Shown piece by piece: positions 27,478 through 37,961 of a stretch of 50,319 nt of DNA. Within the stretch, counting starts at the first letter, position 1; each line of letters opens with the position of its first letter. The translations under genes and the position numbers were made by a program. The notes under the pieces are model-generated. The model was not told the DNA's origin. It did not search any database and worked only from the letters and a program-made list of their open reading frames with translations. Source of the stretch: Candidatus Krumholzibacteriia bacterium (lineage in GTDB: Bacteria; Krumholzibacteriota; Krumholzibacteriia; WVZY01); NCBI GenBank assembly GCA_036478295.1, contig JAZGDW010000297.1, positions 1-50,319 on the forward strand, in the 5' to 3' direction.

Positions 27478-28254
27478 ATGGCGAAGACGCGTCGCATACT
27501 ATCCTGGAATGTCAACGGCCTCAGGGCCGTGCACAAGAAGGGGTTCGTGGACTGGCTGGCCGCGGAGCGCCCGGATGCGCTGTGCATGCAGGAAGTCCGC
27601 GCCGACCTCGATCAGCTGCCGCCGGACCTGAGGGAACCGGCAGGCTACCGGGCGTACTTCACAGCAGGTGAAAGGAAAGGCTACAGCGGCGTGGCCTTGT
27701 ACAGCAAAGAGACACCGGAGTCGGTAAGCCACGGCATCGGCATCGGGGAGTTCGACCGGGAAGGGCGGTTCGTGGTCGCCGATTACGGTGAGTTTCTCCT
27801 CTATAATATTTACTTCCCCAACGGATCGGCGTCTGCCGAGCGGCTCGACTACAAGCTGGCGTTCTATGACGTTTTTCTCGATCACGCCGTCGAGCTCAAA
27901 GCTACCGGCAGAAAAGTCATCGTCTGCGGAGACTTCAATACCGCACACAAGCAAATCGATCTCGCCCGGCCCGAGGCCAACGAAAACAACTCGGGGTTTC
28001 TGCCGCAGGAGCGCGACTGGATGGACCGCTTCATCGCGAGCGGCTTCGTCGATGCCTTCCGCATGTTTCACGAAGAACCCGGGCACTATACCTATTGGGA
28101 TTTCAAGACCCGCGCACGCCAGCGAAACGTCGGCTGGCGCATCGATTATTTCTTTGTGAGCGACAACCTGCGGGACCGGCTGGAAGACGCTTTCATCCTG
28201 GCCGATGTGCCCGGTTCGGACCACTGTCCCACCGGTATTACCATCGAAATCTGA
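27478..28254 (+). CDS. xth: Exodeoxyribonuclease III / AP endonuclease
   Basis: SWNVNG, QE, GYSGV, YFPNG, GDFNTAH, GWRIDY, SDHCP; TATAAT at 27465-27470, 7 nt before ATG 27478. Confidence 0.95.
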   Translation: MAKTRRILSWNVNGLRAVHKKGFVDWLAAERPDALCMQEVRADLDQLPPDLREPAGYRAYFTAGERKGYSGVALYSKETPESVSHGIGIGEFDREGRFVVADYGEFLLYNIYFPNGSASAERLDYKLAFYDVFLDHAVELKATGRKVIVCGDFNTAHKQIDLARPEANENNSGFLPQERDWMDRFIASGFVDAFRMFHEEPGHYTYWDFKTRARQRNVGWRIDYFFVSDNLRDRLEDAFILADVPGSDHCPTGITIEI

Positions 28255-28276
28255 CGCGCCGGGGAGCGATAAGCTC

Positions 28277-28453
28277 GGGATGCCATGACGGGACAAGTGT
28301 TCTCAAGCGAGTTCTTGAGCACCTTCAGCTAGTCATAATGCGCGAAATGCTGCGGAGCAGTGCGCAGGCGCGCAGCCAAGCGTCTACGGGTAAGAAAGCT
28401 CGTGCGCCGAGGACTGTCTGAGCGTGAGAACACTTGTCCCGTCATGGCATCCC
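28277..28453. repeat. 177-bp element (E2) with perfect 29-bp terminal inverted repeats; MITE-like or structured RNA
   Basis: GGGATGCCATGACGGGACAAGTGTTCTCA (28277-28305) and its exact reverse complement (28425-28453); no clear target-site duplication. Confidence 0.85.
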
Positions 28454-28512
28454 ACGGCGCCTTCCAGGGCGGCGTCCGGCTGGCACGTCTCTTGCCCCTC
28501 TCCCCCCTTGCC

Positions 28513-29046
28513 ATGCCGAAACCGCGAACCATATTCGTGTTGCTGCTGATCCTTTCCGCCCTGCAGTGCGCCTACTATTATCCGCGGGTGCCGGAAACGG
28601 TCGCATCGCATTTCAACGGAGCCGGTTACCCCAACGATTGGTCGTCGAAGGCGACTTTCTTCGGCATCGTGCTGGCCATGTCCGCAATGAACGCGTTTGT
28701 CTTTCTCATTATACCGGAGTGGTTCCCTCGCTTTTCGCAAACGCGGTTCAACCTGCCCAACAAGGACTACTGGCTCGCACCCGAGCGCATCGAAGAAACC
28801 CACCTGCATATCCGGACCCAGATGTTGTGGTTCGGGGTAGCCACCATGATGCTGATGATCGGCGTCACTCAGATGGCAATCGAAGCCAACATGACAACGC
28901 AGCCGACCTTGTCGTCGGGGGCTTTCAATCTCCTGTTTGCGTATTTCGGGTTTACCGCTATCTGGTTGACACGATTCATTTACTATTTCTCGCGGCCGCC
29001 GGCCGGCGACGGGCACCGAAGCGAGGGCGATCATGACACGGCCTAA
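28513..29046 (+). CDS. DUF1648 membrane protein
   Basis: YP.VPETVASHFN..G.PNDW.SK, NLPNKDYW, four hydrophobic segments. Confidence 0.8.
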   Translation: MPKPRTIFVLLLILSALQCAYYYPRVPETVASHFNGAGYPNDWSSKATFFGIVLAMSAMNAFVFLIIPEWFPRFSQTRFNLPNKDYWLAPERIEETHLHIRTQMLWFGVATMMLMIGVTQMAIEANMTTQPTLSSGAFNLLFAYFGFTAIWLTRFIYYFSRPPAGDGHRSEGDHDTA

Positions 29047-29944
29047 ACGCACGGGCAGGTGGCTGTCGGCACCGGGAGCAGTGCTTTGCGTCGCCGCCGG
29101 CGCTTTGCATGTTCACGCCGACGGGATGCAACTGCCACTCAACGCCGCCATCGGGGTGGCCGACGTCATTGTGGTTTCGGTGGTGGAACGGGCGCCGGAT
29201 TTTGCGGTACGGCGTTCGCACGAAACCGCCAAGATTCGGGTCCTCGAGGTACTCAAAGGTGAGTTGGAGCAAGACACGCTTACCGTTCAGCTGCATCCCA
29301 ACCACCCGCGGGCTCTGGGATTGTGGAAGGCCGGAAAGCGCTACATCGTGTTTCTGACGCGACACCTCGAAGGCCGCGAGCGGTTCGAGGTAATGCTGGA
29401 CGGCACCAGTTCGTTCGACAAGAAATCCGCCCGCTCCATCCGCTCGGCAGCCCCTCGCGTGCCCAGGTGGTCGGGTTCGCAGCACGGGTTGGCGAGTCTG
29501 CTCATCCCTGAAAAATTCGACCTGGACCCGGGCGAGAACCTCGACCTGTGGATCGGCTACCGGAACGTGACCCAACACGACATCGTGTTGAGTTACCGCA
29601 ACTGGCCGCTGGAGTCCCACACGTACTGGGACCTCAGGGTCGAATCCGATTCCCGGGGCACCATCGCTCCCCGGTCACACCCGCACGTGTCGCAATCCGA
29701 CATCGTCGAGTATTTTTCCGCCAACCCTCACGACTTCGAGCTTACACTCGAACCGGGTGAAAGCTATTTCTTTCCGCTCTCGAGGGTGAACTCCGCCGAG
29801 CACGGCTGGGGTTATAAGGAGAGGCTCGATTTCAAATACTATCCAATCACCGATCCGGGCCGCTATTCGATTATCGCTGTCGGGCATCACGTGGGCCGCG
29901 ACACCTTGACCCGGGCGGAACCCCTGCAGGTTTGGGTCAAGTAA
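29033..29944 (+). CDS. Hypothetical exported protein
   Basis: 303-aa ORF with a signal-like N-terminus, overlapping the end of the DUF1648 gene; no recognisable family. Confidence 0.6.
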   Translation: MTRPKRTGRWLSAPGAVLCVAAGALHVHADGMQLPLNAAIGVADVIVVSVVERAPDFAVRRSHETAKIRVLEVLKGELEQDTLTVQLHPNHPRALGLWKAGKRYIVFLTRHLEGRERFEVMLDGTSSFDKKSARSIRSAAPRVPRWSGSQHGLASLLIPEKFDLDPGENLDLWIGYRNVTQHDIVLSYRNWPLESHTYWDLRVESDSRGTIAPRSHPHVSQSDIVEYFSANPHDFELTLEPGESYFFPLSRVNSAEHGWGYKERLDFKYYPITDPGRYSIIAVGHHVGRDTLTRAEPLQVWVK

Positions 29945-30106
29945 GGCTCCACCGATTGACATACTCGTGGCGTTTGGGACGCGATCTCTTGCCGGCATGC
30001 GTTTTGTGGTCGAGCGAGATTCTCCCGCGTTTCCGTGCTAAGCTAGACTTGATCAGCTCGATGTCGTGACGTGGGACCCCCAAGCCCACGCCAGCGGGGA
30101 GCGTTG

Positions 30107-30532
30107 ATGATCGAGATTACCGATACTATCGCCATAAACGAGGATGAAATCCACGTGGAATTCATCCGTGCATCGGGACCCGGTGGGCAGAACGTCAACA
30201 AGGTGGCAAGCGCCGTCCAGTTGCGTTTTGACGCGGCACACTCGCCGTCCCTGACCGACGCCGTCCGCACCCGGCTCAAGCGGCTCGCCGGCCGGCGCAT
30301 GACCCGTGACGGCGTGGTGGTGATTACGGCAAAACGCTATCGCACGCAGGAAAAAAACCGCGCGGACGCCCTCAACCGCCTGCTGACGCTGATCCGCAAC
30401 GCGGCGGTCGCACCGAAGGCACGCCGGCCCACCCAACCGACCACCGCTGCCCGGAAACGCCGCCTCGATGACAAGAAACGCCGCAGCCGCGTCAAGCGCC
30501 TCCGCCGTGTGGACCGTGATTCCGACGATTGA
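30107..30532 (+). CDS. arfB: Alternative ribosome rescue peptidyl-tRNA hydrolase ArfB
   Basis: FIRASGPGGQNVNKV, RTQEKNR, basic C-terminal tail RRPT.P...RRL..KKRRS. Confidence 0.95.
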   Translation: MIEITDTIAINEDEIHVEFIRASGPGGQNVNKVASAVQLRFDAAHSPSLTDAVRTRLKRLAGRRMTRDGVVVITAKRYRTQEKNRADALNRLLTLIRNAAVAPKARRPTQPTTAARKRRLDDKKRRSRVKRLRRVDRDSDD

Positions 30533-30724
30533 CCACCCTCACTTCACCACCCCCGGCGTCCGGACCTGGCTCACCATGACAACACGGGCATTGAGACCCC
30601 CGACTGTATCCCAAATGGGGCCATTGGACGACAAATCCGACAATTGACAAAAATCAAGTGCTCGGTAACCATAAGTAGATTATTTACTAACAAGATAGGC
30701 CATAATCGCGCCCCAAACGGAAAC

Positions 30725-30753
30725 TTGACAAATCCTATGCACTTGTATAACAT
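30725..30753 (+). promoter_or_regulatory. Sigma70 promoter of the HTH-hem operon
   Basis: TTGACA-N17-TAACAT in an AT-rich intergenic region. Confidence 0.7.
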
Positions 30754-30811
30754 ATTCACAAAGACATAGTTTTAGTTAGTTTTTTACAACGTTCACTACC
30801 CACTTACGACC

Positions 30812-31462
30812 ATGGCGAATCCACATCGAGACAGCGGGCAATGGCTCACCCTGGCACAGGCGGCACGCGAGCTGAGCGTGCATCCGACGACCCTGCGGCG
30901 CTGGGCCAATAACGGGGACATCCCGGTCATGCTCACGCCCGGTGGCCACCGGCGTTTCGCCGCATCCGACGTGACGCGGTTTGCGGAGGAGCGCCATGCC
31001 GTTCGTCCCGCCGGCGGCATCGAGCACATCTGGGCTACCGACGCGCTCGAGCGGACGCGGCGGCACATGATGGACCACAAAGCCCCGGACTGGATGAGCC
31101 GTTTCGATGCCAAGGCGCGAGAACAACACCGCGTCCTCGGCCATCGGCTGATGGAGTTGATACTCCAGTACGTTAGCGAGGATAACGGCGACGTGCTGCT
31201 CGACGAAGCGAGGGCCATCGGCTGCGAGTACGCGAAGAACGCGGTGCGCCTGGGCCTGACGTTGAAGGTGGCGCTGGAAGCCTCGATGTTTTTCCGCGAC
31301 GCGCTGATGGGCTCCACCATGGAATTGCCGGACAAGGTAAAGATACGTTCCGAGGACAAGATGCGGCTGCTCGGCCGCATAAACAAATTACTCAATGCCG
31401 TTCAACTTACAGTCGCAGAGGAATACGATGCCAACGATACCCATCACCTGTCTGGGTCTTAG
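30812..31462 (+). CDS. MerR/excisionase-type HTH regulator with a helical C-terminal putative sensor domain
   Basis: WLTL.QAA..L.VHPTTLRRWA..G.I....TPGGHRRF; first gene of the hem operon and overlaps hemA. Confidence 0.85.
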   Translation: MANPHRDSGQWLTLAQAARELSVHPTTLRRWANNGDIPVMLTPGGHRRFAASDVTRFAEERHAVRPAGGIEHIWATDALERTRRHMMDHKAPDWMSRFDAKAREQHRVLGHRLMELILQYVSEDNGDVLLDEARAIGCEYAKNAVRLGLTLKVALEASMFFRDALMGSTMELPDKVKIRSEDKMRLLGRINKLLNAVQLTVAEEYDANDTHHLSGS

Positions 31463-32735
31463 TCATGATACTGCTCCCCTCGAATTGAGGGAGCGTCTCC
31501 GTTGTACACTGGCGAAACTGGACGACGTGATCCGTCCGACCAGCGGCTGCCAGCGGTTCGGCGGCTGCCGCGAGTTCGCCGTGCTCTCCACCTGCAACCG
31601 CGTCGAGATCTACGCGAGTATGGATCCGGACGCGGGTGACGCGCGTACCGTTCTGTCTGAAATCGTTACCGAAGCGACGGGAGTGGACGTCTCGCGCTTC
31701 GCCGACTATCTCTATTACTACAACGACATGGACGCCGTCGAGCACTTGTGCCGGGTCGCGGCCGGCCTGGAATCCCTGGTCCTGGGCGAGCAGCAGATTT
31801 TGGGGCAGGTGTCCGACGCCCTGCATGAAGCGGTACAGCTTGGCACCACCGGCCCCCAAATCTCGATGGCTTTTCACACCGCCATCCGCGCGGGGCGGAA
31901 AGCGCGAACCGTCACGGGGATCGGTCACAATCCGGCCAGCCTGAGTTCGGTGGCCATCGCTTATGCCCAGAGAAAGGTCGGCGACCTCGCGGACCGGCGC
32001 GTGCTGGTGGTCGGACTGGGCGAAATGGGAAACCTGACCCTCAAAGTCTTGCGCTCACGCGGAATCAACAGGGTCTCCATCGCCAACCGCACCTTCGAAC
32101 GTGCGGCGGCCGTTGCCAAAGAATCCGGATACGAAGCTTTTTCCTTGAGCGACCTGCCGCGCGCGCTCGCGTTGGCCGACATCGTCATCGCGGCTACCGC
32201 GTCGCCCGACATTATTATGACGCCGCAAATGGTGCGTGACGCGACTGCCGAGCGCAACGGACGCGAGCTGGTCCTGATCGACATCGCCGTGCCGCGCAAC
32301 ATCGATCCTGCCGTTGCCGACCTGCCGGACGTGTCGCTGTGCGATACGGACAATTTGCAGGGGACGCTCGACGAAGCGTTGTCCCAGCGTCGCAAGGAAA
32401 TCGCGCCCGTCGAAAAGGTCATCGCCGAGGAGATTACAACCCTGGAGAAGGAGTTACAGGGGATGTCGTTCCGGCCCCTGATTACGGAGCTTCGCCAGAA
32501 GGTGGAATCGATCCGTCAGCAGGAACTCAAACGGGCGTTGCACCAGATGGGTGAGCTCGATTCTCAGACGATGGAACAGATCCAACACTTCTCGCGTTCG
32601 CTGGTCAACAAGCTCATGCACAGGCCGACCACCCGACTCAAACAAGAGGCTAGCAACGGACACGCCGAAGATTACGAGGCGACGGTCCGGGCTCTTTTCG
32701 GCCTATCGGAGGACCGTGAAGGCTCGGTGCGATGA
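31428..32735 (+). CDS. hemA: Glutamyl-tRNA reductase
   Basis: GLSH.TAPLELRE, LSTCNRVEIY, GLESLVLGEQQILGQV, VGLGEMG, DIAVPRNI; GAGG RBS before ATG 31428. Confidence 0.96.
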   Translation: MPTIPITCLGLSHDTAPLELRERLRCTLAKLDDVIRPTSGCQRFGGCREFAVLSTCNRVEIYASMDPDAGDARTVLSEIVTEATGVDVSRFADYLYYYNDMDAVEHLCRVAAGLESLVLGEQQILGQVSDALHEAVQLGTTGPQISMAFHTAIRAGRKARTVTGIGHNPASLSSVAIAYAQRKVGDLADRRVLVVGLGEMGNLTLKVLRSRGINRVSIANRTFERAAAVAKESGYEAFSLSDLPRALALADIVIAATASPDIIMTPQMVRDATAERNGRELVLIDIAVPRNIDPAVADLPDVSLCDTDNLQGTLDEALSQRRKEIAPVEKVIAEEITTLEKELQGMSFRPLITELRQKVESIRQQELKRALHQMGELDSQTMEQIQHFSRSLVNKLMHRPTTRLKQEASNGHAEDYEATVRALFGLSEDREGSVR

Positions 32736-34444
32736 GTGCCACCAACCGGCAAACCGTCACGATCGGCACACGCACCTCGAAGCTCGCCCTGTGGCAGACC
32801 AACCATGTGATCGAATTGTTGAAGGCCGCGTGGCCCGGCATACAATGCCGCACGCGCGCCTACGTTACCGAAGGTGATACCCGGCACGACGTCCCCCTGC
32901 CCAATATGGGCGGCCGCGGTGTCTTTACCACGCTACTGGAATCGGCGCTTCTGGCCGGGGAAATCGACCTCGCCGTACACTCACTAAAGGATCTCCCGAC
33001 CGACGAGAATCCACAGCTCACCGTGGGCGCCGTCCCCGGACGCGAGGATGCACGGGACGGGCTGGTCGCCCGCAACGGCGAGACCCTCGACACGCTGCCC
33101 AGGGGTGCAGTAGTGGGCACGAGCAGCACCCGGCGCCGGGCGCAGCTCCTGTCCATTCGCCCGGATCTTTCCATCCGGGAGATCCGGGGCAACGTGGACA
33201 CCCGTGTACGCAAAGTGATGCAGGGCGACTACGACGCGACCGTTCTGGCGGCCGCCGGGCTTCGCCGCCTGGGTACGGAGGATGTCGTCAGCGACTGGCT
33301 GCCGCTCGACGTCATGCTGCCTGCACCCGGTCAGGCGGCCCTGGCTGTGCAATGTCGCCGGAGCGACACTCGAGTCATAGAGCTTCTCGCCGCCATCGAC
33401 GACGTTGACGCGCGACGAAACGTAACGGCGGAACGAAGCTTTCTCGCGGAACTCGGCGGCGGCTGCTCGCTGCCGGTGGCCGCCTACGCGACATCGAACG
33501 GCAACGCGGGGGGCATTCACCTGTCCGGCGTGGTCACCTCGCCCGACGGGCGGGAGGTCATCCGTGTCGAAGGCGAGGGCGAGGACGCCGCCGAGCTTGG
33601 CGTTACCCTCGCCCGGCAGGCGCTCGAGCGCGGCGCCCGCGAGATCCTCGACGCCTTCGGCGAAACGTCGCCGCTGCACGGCAAACGTATCGTGGTGACC
33701 CGCGCGCGTCACCAGGCGCGCGATCTGAGCGAACGACTGACCCGACTCGGCGCGGTGCCCTTGCTGGTGCCGACGATCGAGATCGCACCGCTGCCGGATC
33801 TGCACGAGCTCGATGAGGCACTGCAGGCGCTTGACACCTTCGATTGGGTCGTCTTCACCAGTGCAAACGCCGTCGATATCTTCTGGCAGCGGCTCGAAGC
33901 CGGTGGCATGGCCGCAGACGCCCTGGGGACAGTGAGGACGGCCGCCGTGGGGCCGGCGACAGCGGACGCGCTCCGTGAGCGCGGGCTGTCCGTGGACGTC
34001 GTGCCCGCCGAGTACGTCGGCGAAGCGGTGGCAAAAGCGCTCGGTGACGTGGCAGGAATGTGCGTCCTGTTGCCGAGCGCGGAGATTGCGCGTGAGGAAT
34101 TGCCGGCCGCACTCAGCGCCGGAGGCGCTGTCGTAACTGATATTAAGGTGTACCGGACCGTGCCCGTTCGTATCGCTGCTGATCAACTCGACGAATTGAG
34201 ACAAGCGGATGTCATTACATTCACCAGCGGATCGACTGTCCGCAATTTTCAAGCGGAAATAACGAAGTACGGCGAAGGCGCTGCTATCATGGAACGGGCG
34301 CTCATCGCATGTATCGGCCCCAAGACGCGGGACACGGCAGTAGCGCTGGACATCAAAGTTGATATTACGGCGGGTGAGTATACGAGCCAAGGGCTCGTGA
34401 ACTCCCTGGTGGAGTATTTCAAAGAAGGTCGAGACAATGATTGA
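32732..34444 (+). CDS. hemC: Fused hydroxymethylbilane synthase / uroporphyrinogen-III synthase (HemC-HemD)
   Basis: [40 protein letters not shown]; then [35 protein letters not shown] (HemD). Confidence 0.94.
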   Translation: MSATNRQTVTIGTRTSKLALWQTNHVIELLKAAWPGIQCRTRAYVTEGDTRHDVPLPNMGGRGVFTTLLESALLAGEIDLAVHSLKDLPTDENPQLTVGAVPGREDARDGLVARNGETLDTLPRGAVVGTSSTRRRAQLLSIRPDLSIREIRGNVDTRVRKVMQGDYDATVLAAAGLRRLGTEDVVSDWLPLDVMLPAPGQAALAVQCRRSDTRVIELLAAIDDVDARRNVTAERSFLAELGGGCSLPVAAYATSNGNAGGIHLSGVVTSPDGREVIRVEGEGEDAAELGVTLARQALERGAREILDAFGETSPLHGKRIVVTRARHQARDLSERLTRLGAVPLLVPTIEIAPLPDLHELDEALQALDTFDWVVFTSANAVDIFWQRLEAGGMAADALGTVRTAAVGPATADALRERGLSVDVVPAEYVGEAVAKALGDVAGMCVLLPSAEIAREELPAALSAGGAVVTDIKVYRTVPVRIAADQLDELRQADVITFTSGSTVRNFQAEITKYGEGAAIMERALIACIGPKTRDTAVALDIKVDITAGEYTSQGLVNSLVEYFKEGRDND

Positions 34445-35546
34445 GAAAACTTCGAAGAAGAACAAGAACCCGGAAACCCCGGACACCAGGGCCGCAAGGG
34501 CACCCGGGCGTAGTTCCGGCGAGGTGCAGGTTCCCTCTCACAGCCCGTTCTTTCGACCGCGGCGCCTGCGCCACACGCCCGCGCTGCGCGGCATGGTTCG
34601 GGAGACGGAGCTAAAGAGCACCGATTTCATCTACCCCCTCTTTGTCACGCACGGTCAAAACGTATGTAATCCGATTCCGTCCATGCCCGGTGTGTTCCAG
34701 CTTTCCATCGACCAGCTTCCCGGCGAGGCCGATTCGGTGGCCGCGCACGATATCCCAGCCGTGTTGCTCTTCGGCATTCCCGCCGCCAAGGACCCGGTCG
34801 GCGCGGAGAATTTCTCCGACGACGGCATCGTTCAGCAGGCAATTCGCAAACTCAAGGAAGCCAACCCCGATCTCGTCGTGATCACCGATGTTTGCATGTG
34901 CGAGTACACGGACCACGGCCACTGCGGTGTGCTCAACCCGAGCGGACCCGACGGAACGCATCCCCATCTTGGAGAGGGTTACGTCCTGAACGATGAAACA
35001 CTCGTCATTCTCAATAAGGTGGCGCTTTCCCATGCCCGCTCGGGCGCCGACATCGTCGCCCCGAGCGGCATGATAGACGGCATGGTATACTCGATCCGCA
35101 ACGCGCTCGACGCAAACGACTTTTCCCACCTACCGATCATGTCCTACGCGGTGAAATACGCGTCAGCGTTTTACGGTCCGTTTCGCGACGCGGCCGACGG
35201 CGCACCCAAGTTCGGCGACCGCAAGACGCACCAGATGGACCCCGCTAATTCGCGCGAGGCGCTGCGCGAAGCGGCGCTGGACGTGGAGGAAGGTGCCGAT
35301 TTTCTCATGGTAAAACCCGCGCTCGCCTACCTGGACGTCATCCAGACATTGAGCGGTGAATTTCCCGAAGTACCGCTCGCCGCGTACAACGTCAGTGGTG
35401 AGTACTCGATGCTCAAGGCGGCCGCCGCCAACGGGTGGATCGACGAACGCGGCGCGGTGCTGGAAACCCTGACCAGTATCAAGCGCGCGGGCGCCGATCT
35501 GATTATCACCTACCACGCGAAGGATGCTGCGAAGTGGCTGAAATGA
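34437..35546 (+). CDS. hemB: Porphobilinogen synthase (Zn-binding Cys motif)
   Basis: [50 protein letters not shown]. Confidence 0.97.
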   Translation: MIEKTSKKNKNPETPDTRAARAPGRSSGEVQVPSHSPFFRPRRLRHTPALRGMVRETELKSTDFIYPLFVTHGQNVCNPIPSMPGVFQLSIDQLPGEADSVAAHDIPAVLLFGIPAAKDPVGAENFSDDGIVQQAIRKLKEANPDLVVITDVCMCEYTDHGHCGVLNPSGPDGTHPHLGEGYVLNDETLVILNKVALSHARSGADIVAPSGMIDGMVYSIRNALDANDFSHLPIMSYAVKYASAFYGPFRDAADGAPKFGDRKTHQMDPANSREALREAALDVEEGADFLMVKPALAYLDVIQTLSGEFPEVPLAAYNVSGEYSMLKAAAANGWIDERGAVLETLTSIKRAGADLIITYHAKDAAKWLK

Positions 35547-36637
35547 CACCACGCCCCGCGGCCGGAAAGAAGAGCGGTGGGGCTGGCACCGGCGAACAAC
35601 CCGCGGCGCCTTTCCTGCGTGCGTGCCGCCGGTTGGTGGTCGACTACACGCCGGTCTGGCTCATGCGCCAGGCGGGGCGGTACATGACGGAATACCGCGA
35701 GCTTCGCTTGCGCCACGGGATGCTCGAGATGATCGACACACCGGAGCTGGCCGCCGAGGTCACGCTGCAGCCGATCCGTGTGTTCGGCTTTGACGCAGCG
35801 ATTATCTTTTCCGATATTCTGCCGCCGCTGCGAGGCATGGGCCTCGACCTCAAGTTCGAAAAAGGCGAAGGACCGGTGATTCGCCCCCGCATCCAACGCC
35901 CCGACGACGTCGAACGATTGCTCACCCCGCCGGCCGATATCTCCATGCCCGGCACCCTGGCCGCGGTGCGGCTGGTTGCGGCCGAGCTCGCACAGACAGG
36001 CACGCCGCTCATCGGTTTCGCGGGCGCACCGTTTACGCTGGCAAGCTACGCCATCGAAGGCGGCACTTCCCGCAATTTCACGCGCACCAAGTCTTTCATG
36101 TACCACGAACCGCAGGCGTGGGAACAGCTGATGAACAAGCTGGTCACCGTGCAGGCCGACTACCTGCTCGCCCAAGCGGAAGCGGGTGCGGACGCGCTGC
36201 AGGTGTTCGACTCGTGGGCGGGCATTGCTCTGGACATGCAGGATTACAAGCGCTTCGTTTGCCCGTACAACACGATGCTCTTCGGACGGCTCGAGAAAGC
36301 AGGCGTCCCCGTGATCAATTTCAGCACCGGTACCGGCGCCTATCTCGAAGAGGTGGCCGCGTGCGGCGGCGACGTTATCGGCGTGGACTGGCGGGTCCAC
36401 CTCGACGACGCATGGGGACGGATTGGTGACGGGCGGGCGATCCAGGGCAACCTCGACCCGGCGATGCTGCTCGCCCCGTGGCAGGAGCTCCAGGTTCGCA
36501 TCGACGCCGTGCTCGATCGCGCCGGCGGCCGGCCCGGGCACATTTTTAACCTCGGACACGGCATTTTTCCGGAGACGCCGATCGACAACGTGCGGCGGCT
36601 CGTGGATTATGTGCGCGAAAAAACACGCAAGTCATGA
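35543..36637 (+). CDS. hemE: Uroporphyrinogen decarboxylase
   Basis: [45 protein letters not shown]; ATGA overlap with hemB gives start 35543. Confidence 0.97.
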   Translation: MTPRPAAGKKSGGAGTGEQPAAPFLRACRRLVVDYTPVWLMRQAGRYMTEYRELRLRHGMLEMIDTPELAAEVTLQPIRVFGFDAAIIFSDILPPLRGMGLDLKFEKGEGPVIRPRIQRPDDVERLLTPPADISMPGTLAAVRLVAAELAQTGTPLIGFAGAPFTLASYAIEGGTSRNFTRTKSFMYHEPQAWEQLMNKLVTVQADYLLAQAEAGADALQVFDSWAGIALDMQDYKRFVCPYNTMLFGRLEKAGVPVINFSTGTGAYLEEVAACGGDVIGVDWRVHLDDAWGRIGDGRAIQGNLDPAMLLAPWQELQVRIDAVLDRAGGRPGHIFNLGHGIFPETPIDNVRRLVDYVREKTRKS

Positions 36638-37920
36638 CGAACACCGACAAATCGAAAGCTCTCTTCGCTAAGGCGCTCACGCGGCTGCCCGGAGGCGTGG
36701 ACTCGCCGGTGCGCGCGTTCCGCGCGGTCGGCGGAGACCCGCTTTTTATCGAACGCGGCGAAGGTGCGTATCTCATCGATGTCGACGGCAACCGCTACAT
36801 CGATTACGTCCTCTCCTGGGGTCCGCTAATTCTCGGACACGCCCACCCGCGTATCGTGGGCGCGCTCGTCGAGGCCACCGCACATGGGACGAGCTACGGC
36901 GCGCCGAGCCCGCTCGAACTGGAGCTGGCCGACCTCGTCATGTCGCTCATGCCGAATATTGAGATGATCCGCTTCGTCAATTCCGGCACAGAGGCAACCA
37001 TGAGCGCCCTGCGCCTGGCACGGGCCTTTACCGGCCGCGACAAGATCATCAAATTCGAAGGAAACTATCACGGACACGCCGACATGCTGCTGGTCAAGGC
37101 CGGCTCGGGCGTGGCGACGCTGGGCCTGCCCGACTCGCCCGGTGTCCCGGCGGCGGCAGTCGCGGACACACTGATCGCCCGGTACAACGACCTATCCTCC
37201 GTCGAGCGGCTTTTCGGCCGGCACGACGGATCGGTCGCCGCCGTCATCGTCGAGCCGGTCGCCGGCAACATGGGAATGATCCCGCCGGTCGGCGGTTTTC
37301 TCGCCGGCCTGCGCGAACTCACCAGCGACGCGGGCGCGCTTCTCATCTTCGATGAAGTGATGACGGGGTTTCGGGTGCACCCCGGTGGGGCGCAGACCCT
37401 GTACGGCATAACACCCGACCTGACGACGCTCGGCAAGGTGATCGGCGGCGGTTTGCCCGTCGGCGCCTACGGCGGGCGGCGCGAGATCATGGAGATGATC
37501 GCGCCCGCCGGACCCGTCTACCAGGCCGGCACCCTTTCCGGCAATCCGCTCGCAATGCGCGCAGGGATCGAGACACTAAAGATGCTGAAAGCGCCGGGCG
37601 TGTGGGACGCTATCGACGCGGCGGCCGCGCAGCTGGTCGCGGGTATCGGCGCCTCGGCCGCAGCGGCCGGCGTGCCGCTGCAGCAATCGCATGTCGGTAC
37701 CATGTTCGGTCAGTTCTTCATCGATGAAGCGGTCGTCGACTGGGCAACGGCGAGCCGCGCAGACGCCGGACGGTTCGCGGCCTTCTTCCGCGCCATGCTC
37801 GAGAACGGCGTCTACATCGCTCCCTCCCAGTTCGAAGCGGGATTCCTCTCGGCGGCGCACGACACCGCGGTCATCGAACGCACGATCGAGGCGGCGAAGA
37901 CGTCGTTCGCCGCACTTTAA
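36634..37920 (+). CDS. hemL: Glutamate-1-semialdehyde 2,1-aminomutase
   Basis: [60 protein letters not shown]. Confidence 0.97.
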   Translation: MTNTDKSKALFAKALTRLPGGVDSPVRAFRAVGGDPLFIERGEGAYLIDVDGNRYIDYVLSWGPLILGHAHPRIVGALVEATAHGTSYGAPSPLELELADLVMSLMPNIEMIRFVNSGTEATMSALRLARAFTGRDKIIKFEGNYHGHADMLLVKAGSGVATLGLPDSPGVPAAAVADTLIARYNDLSSVERLFGRHDGSVAAVIVEPVAGNMGMIPPVGGFLAGLRELTSDAGALLIFDEVMTGFRVHPGGAQTLYGITPDLTTLGKVIGGGLPVGAYGGRREIMEMIAPAGPVYQAGTLSGNPLAMRAGIETLKMLKAPGVWDAIDAAAAQLVAGIGASAAAAGVPLQQSHVGTMFGQFFIDEAVVDWATASRADAGRFAAFFRAMLENGVYIAPSQFEAGFLSAAHDTAVIERTIEAAKTSFAAL

Positions 37921-37961
37921 CCCGTCTTCCACCCTGGGCCGGATATGTCTATAATGGCGCT

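Noticed and set aside
30812-31462. Prophage excisionase or true CarH/LitR
   Set aside because: No integrase or phage genes, no B12-binding Rossmann domain, and it is embedded in the hem operon
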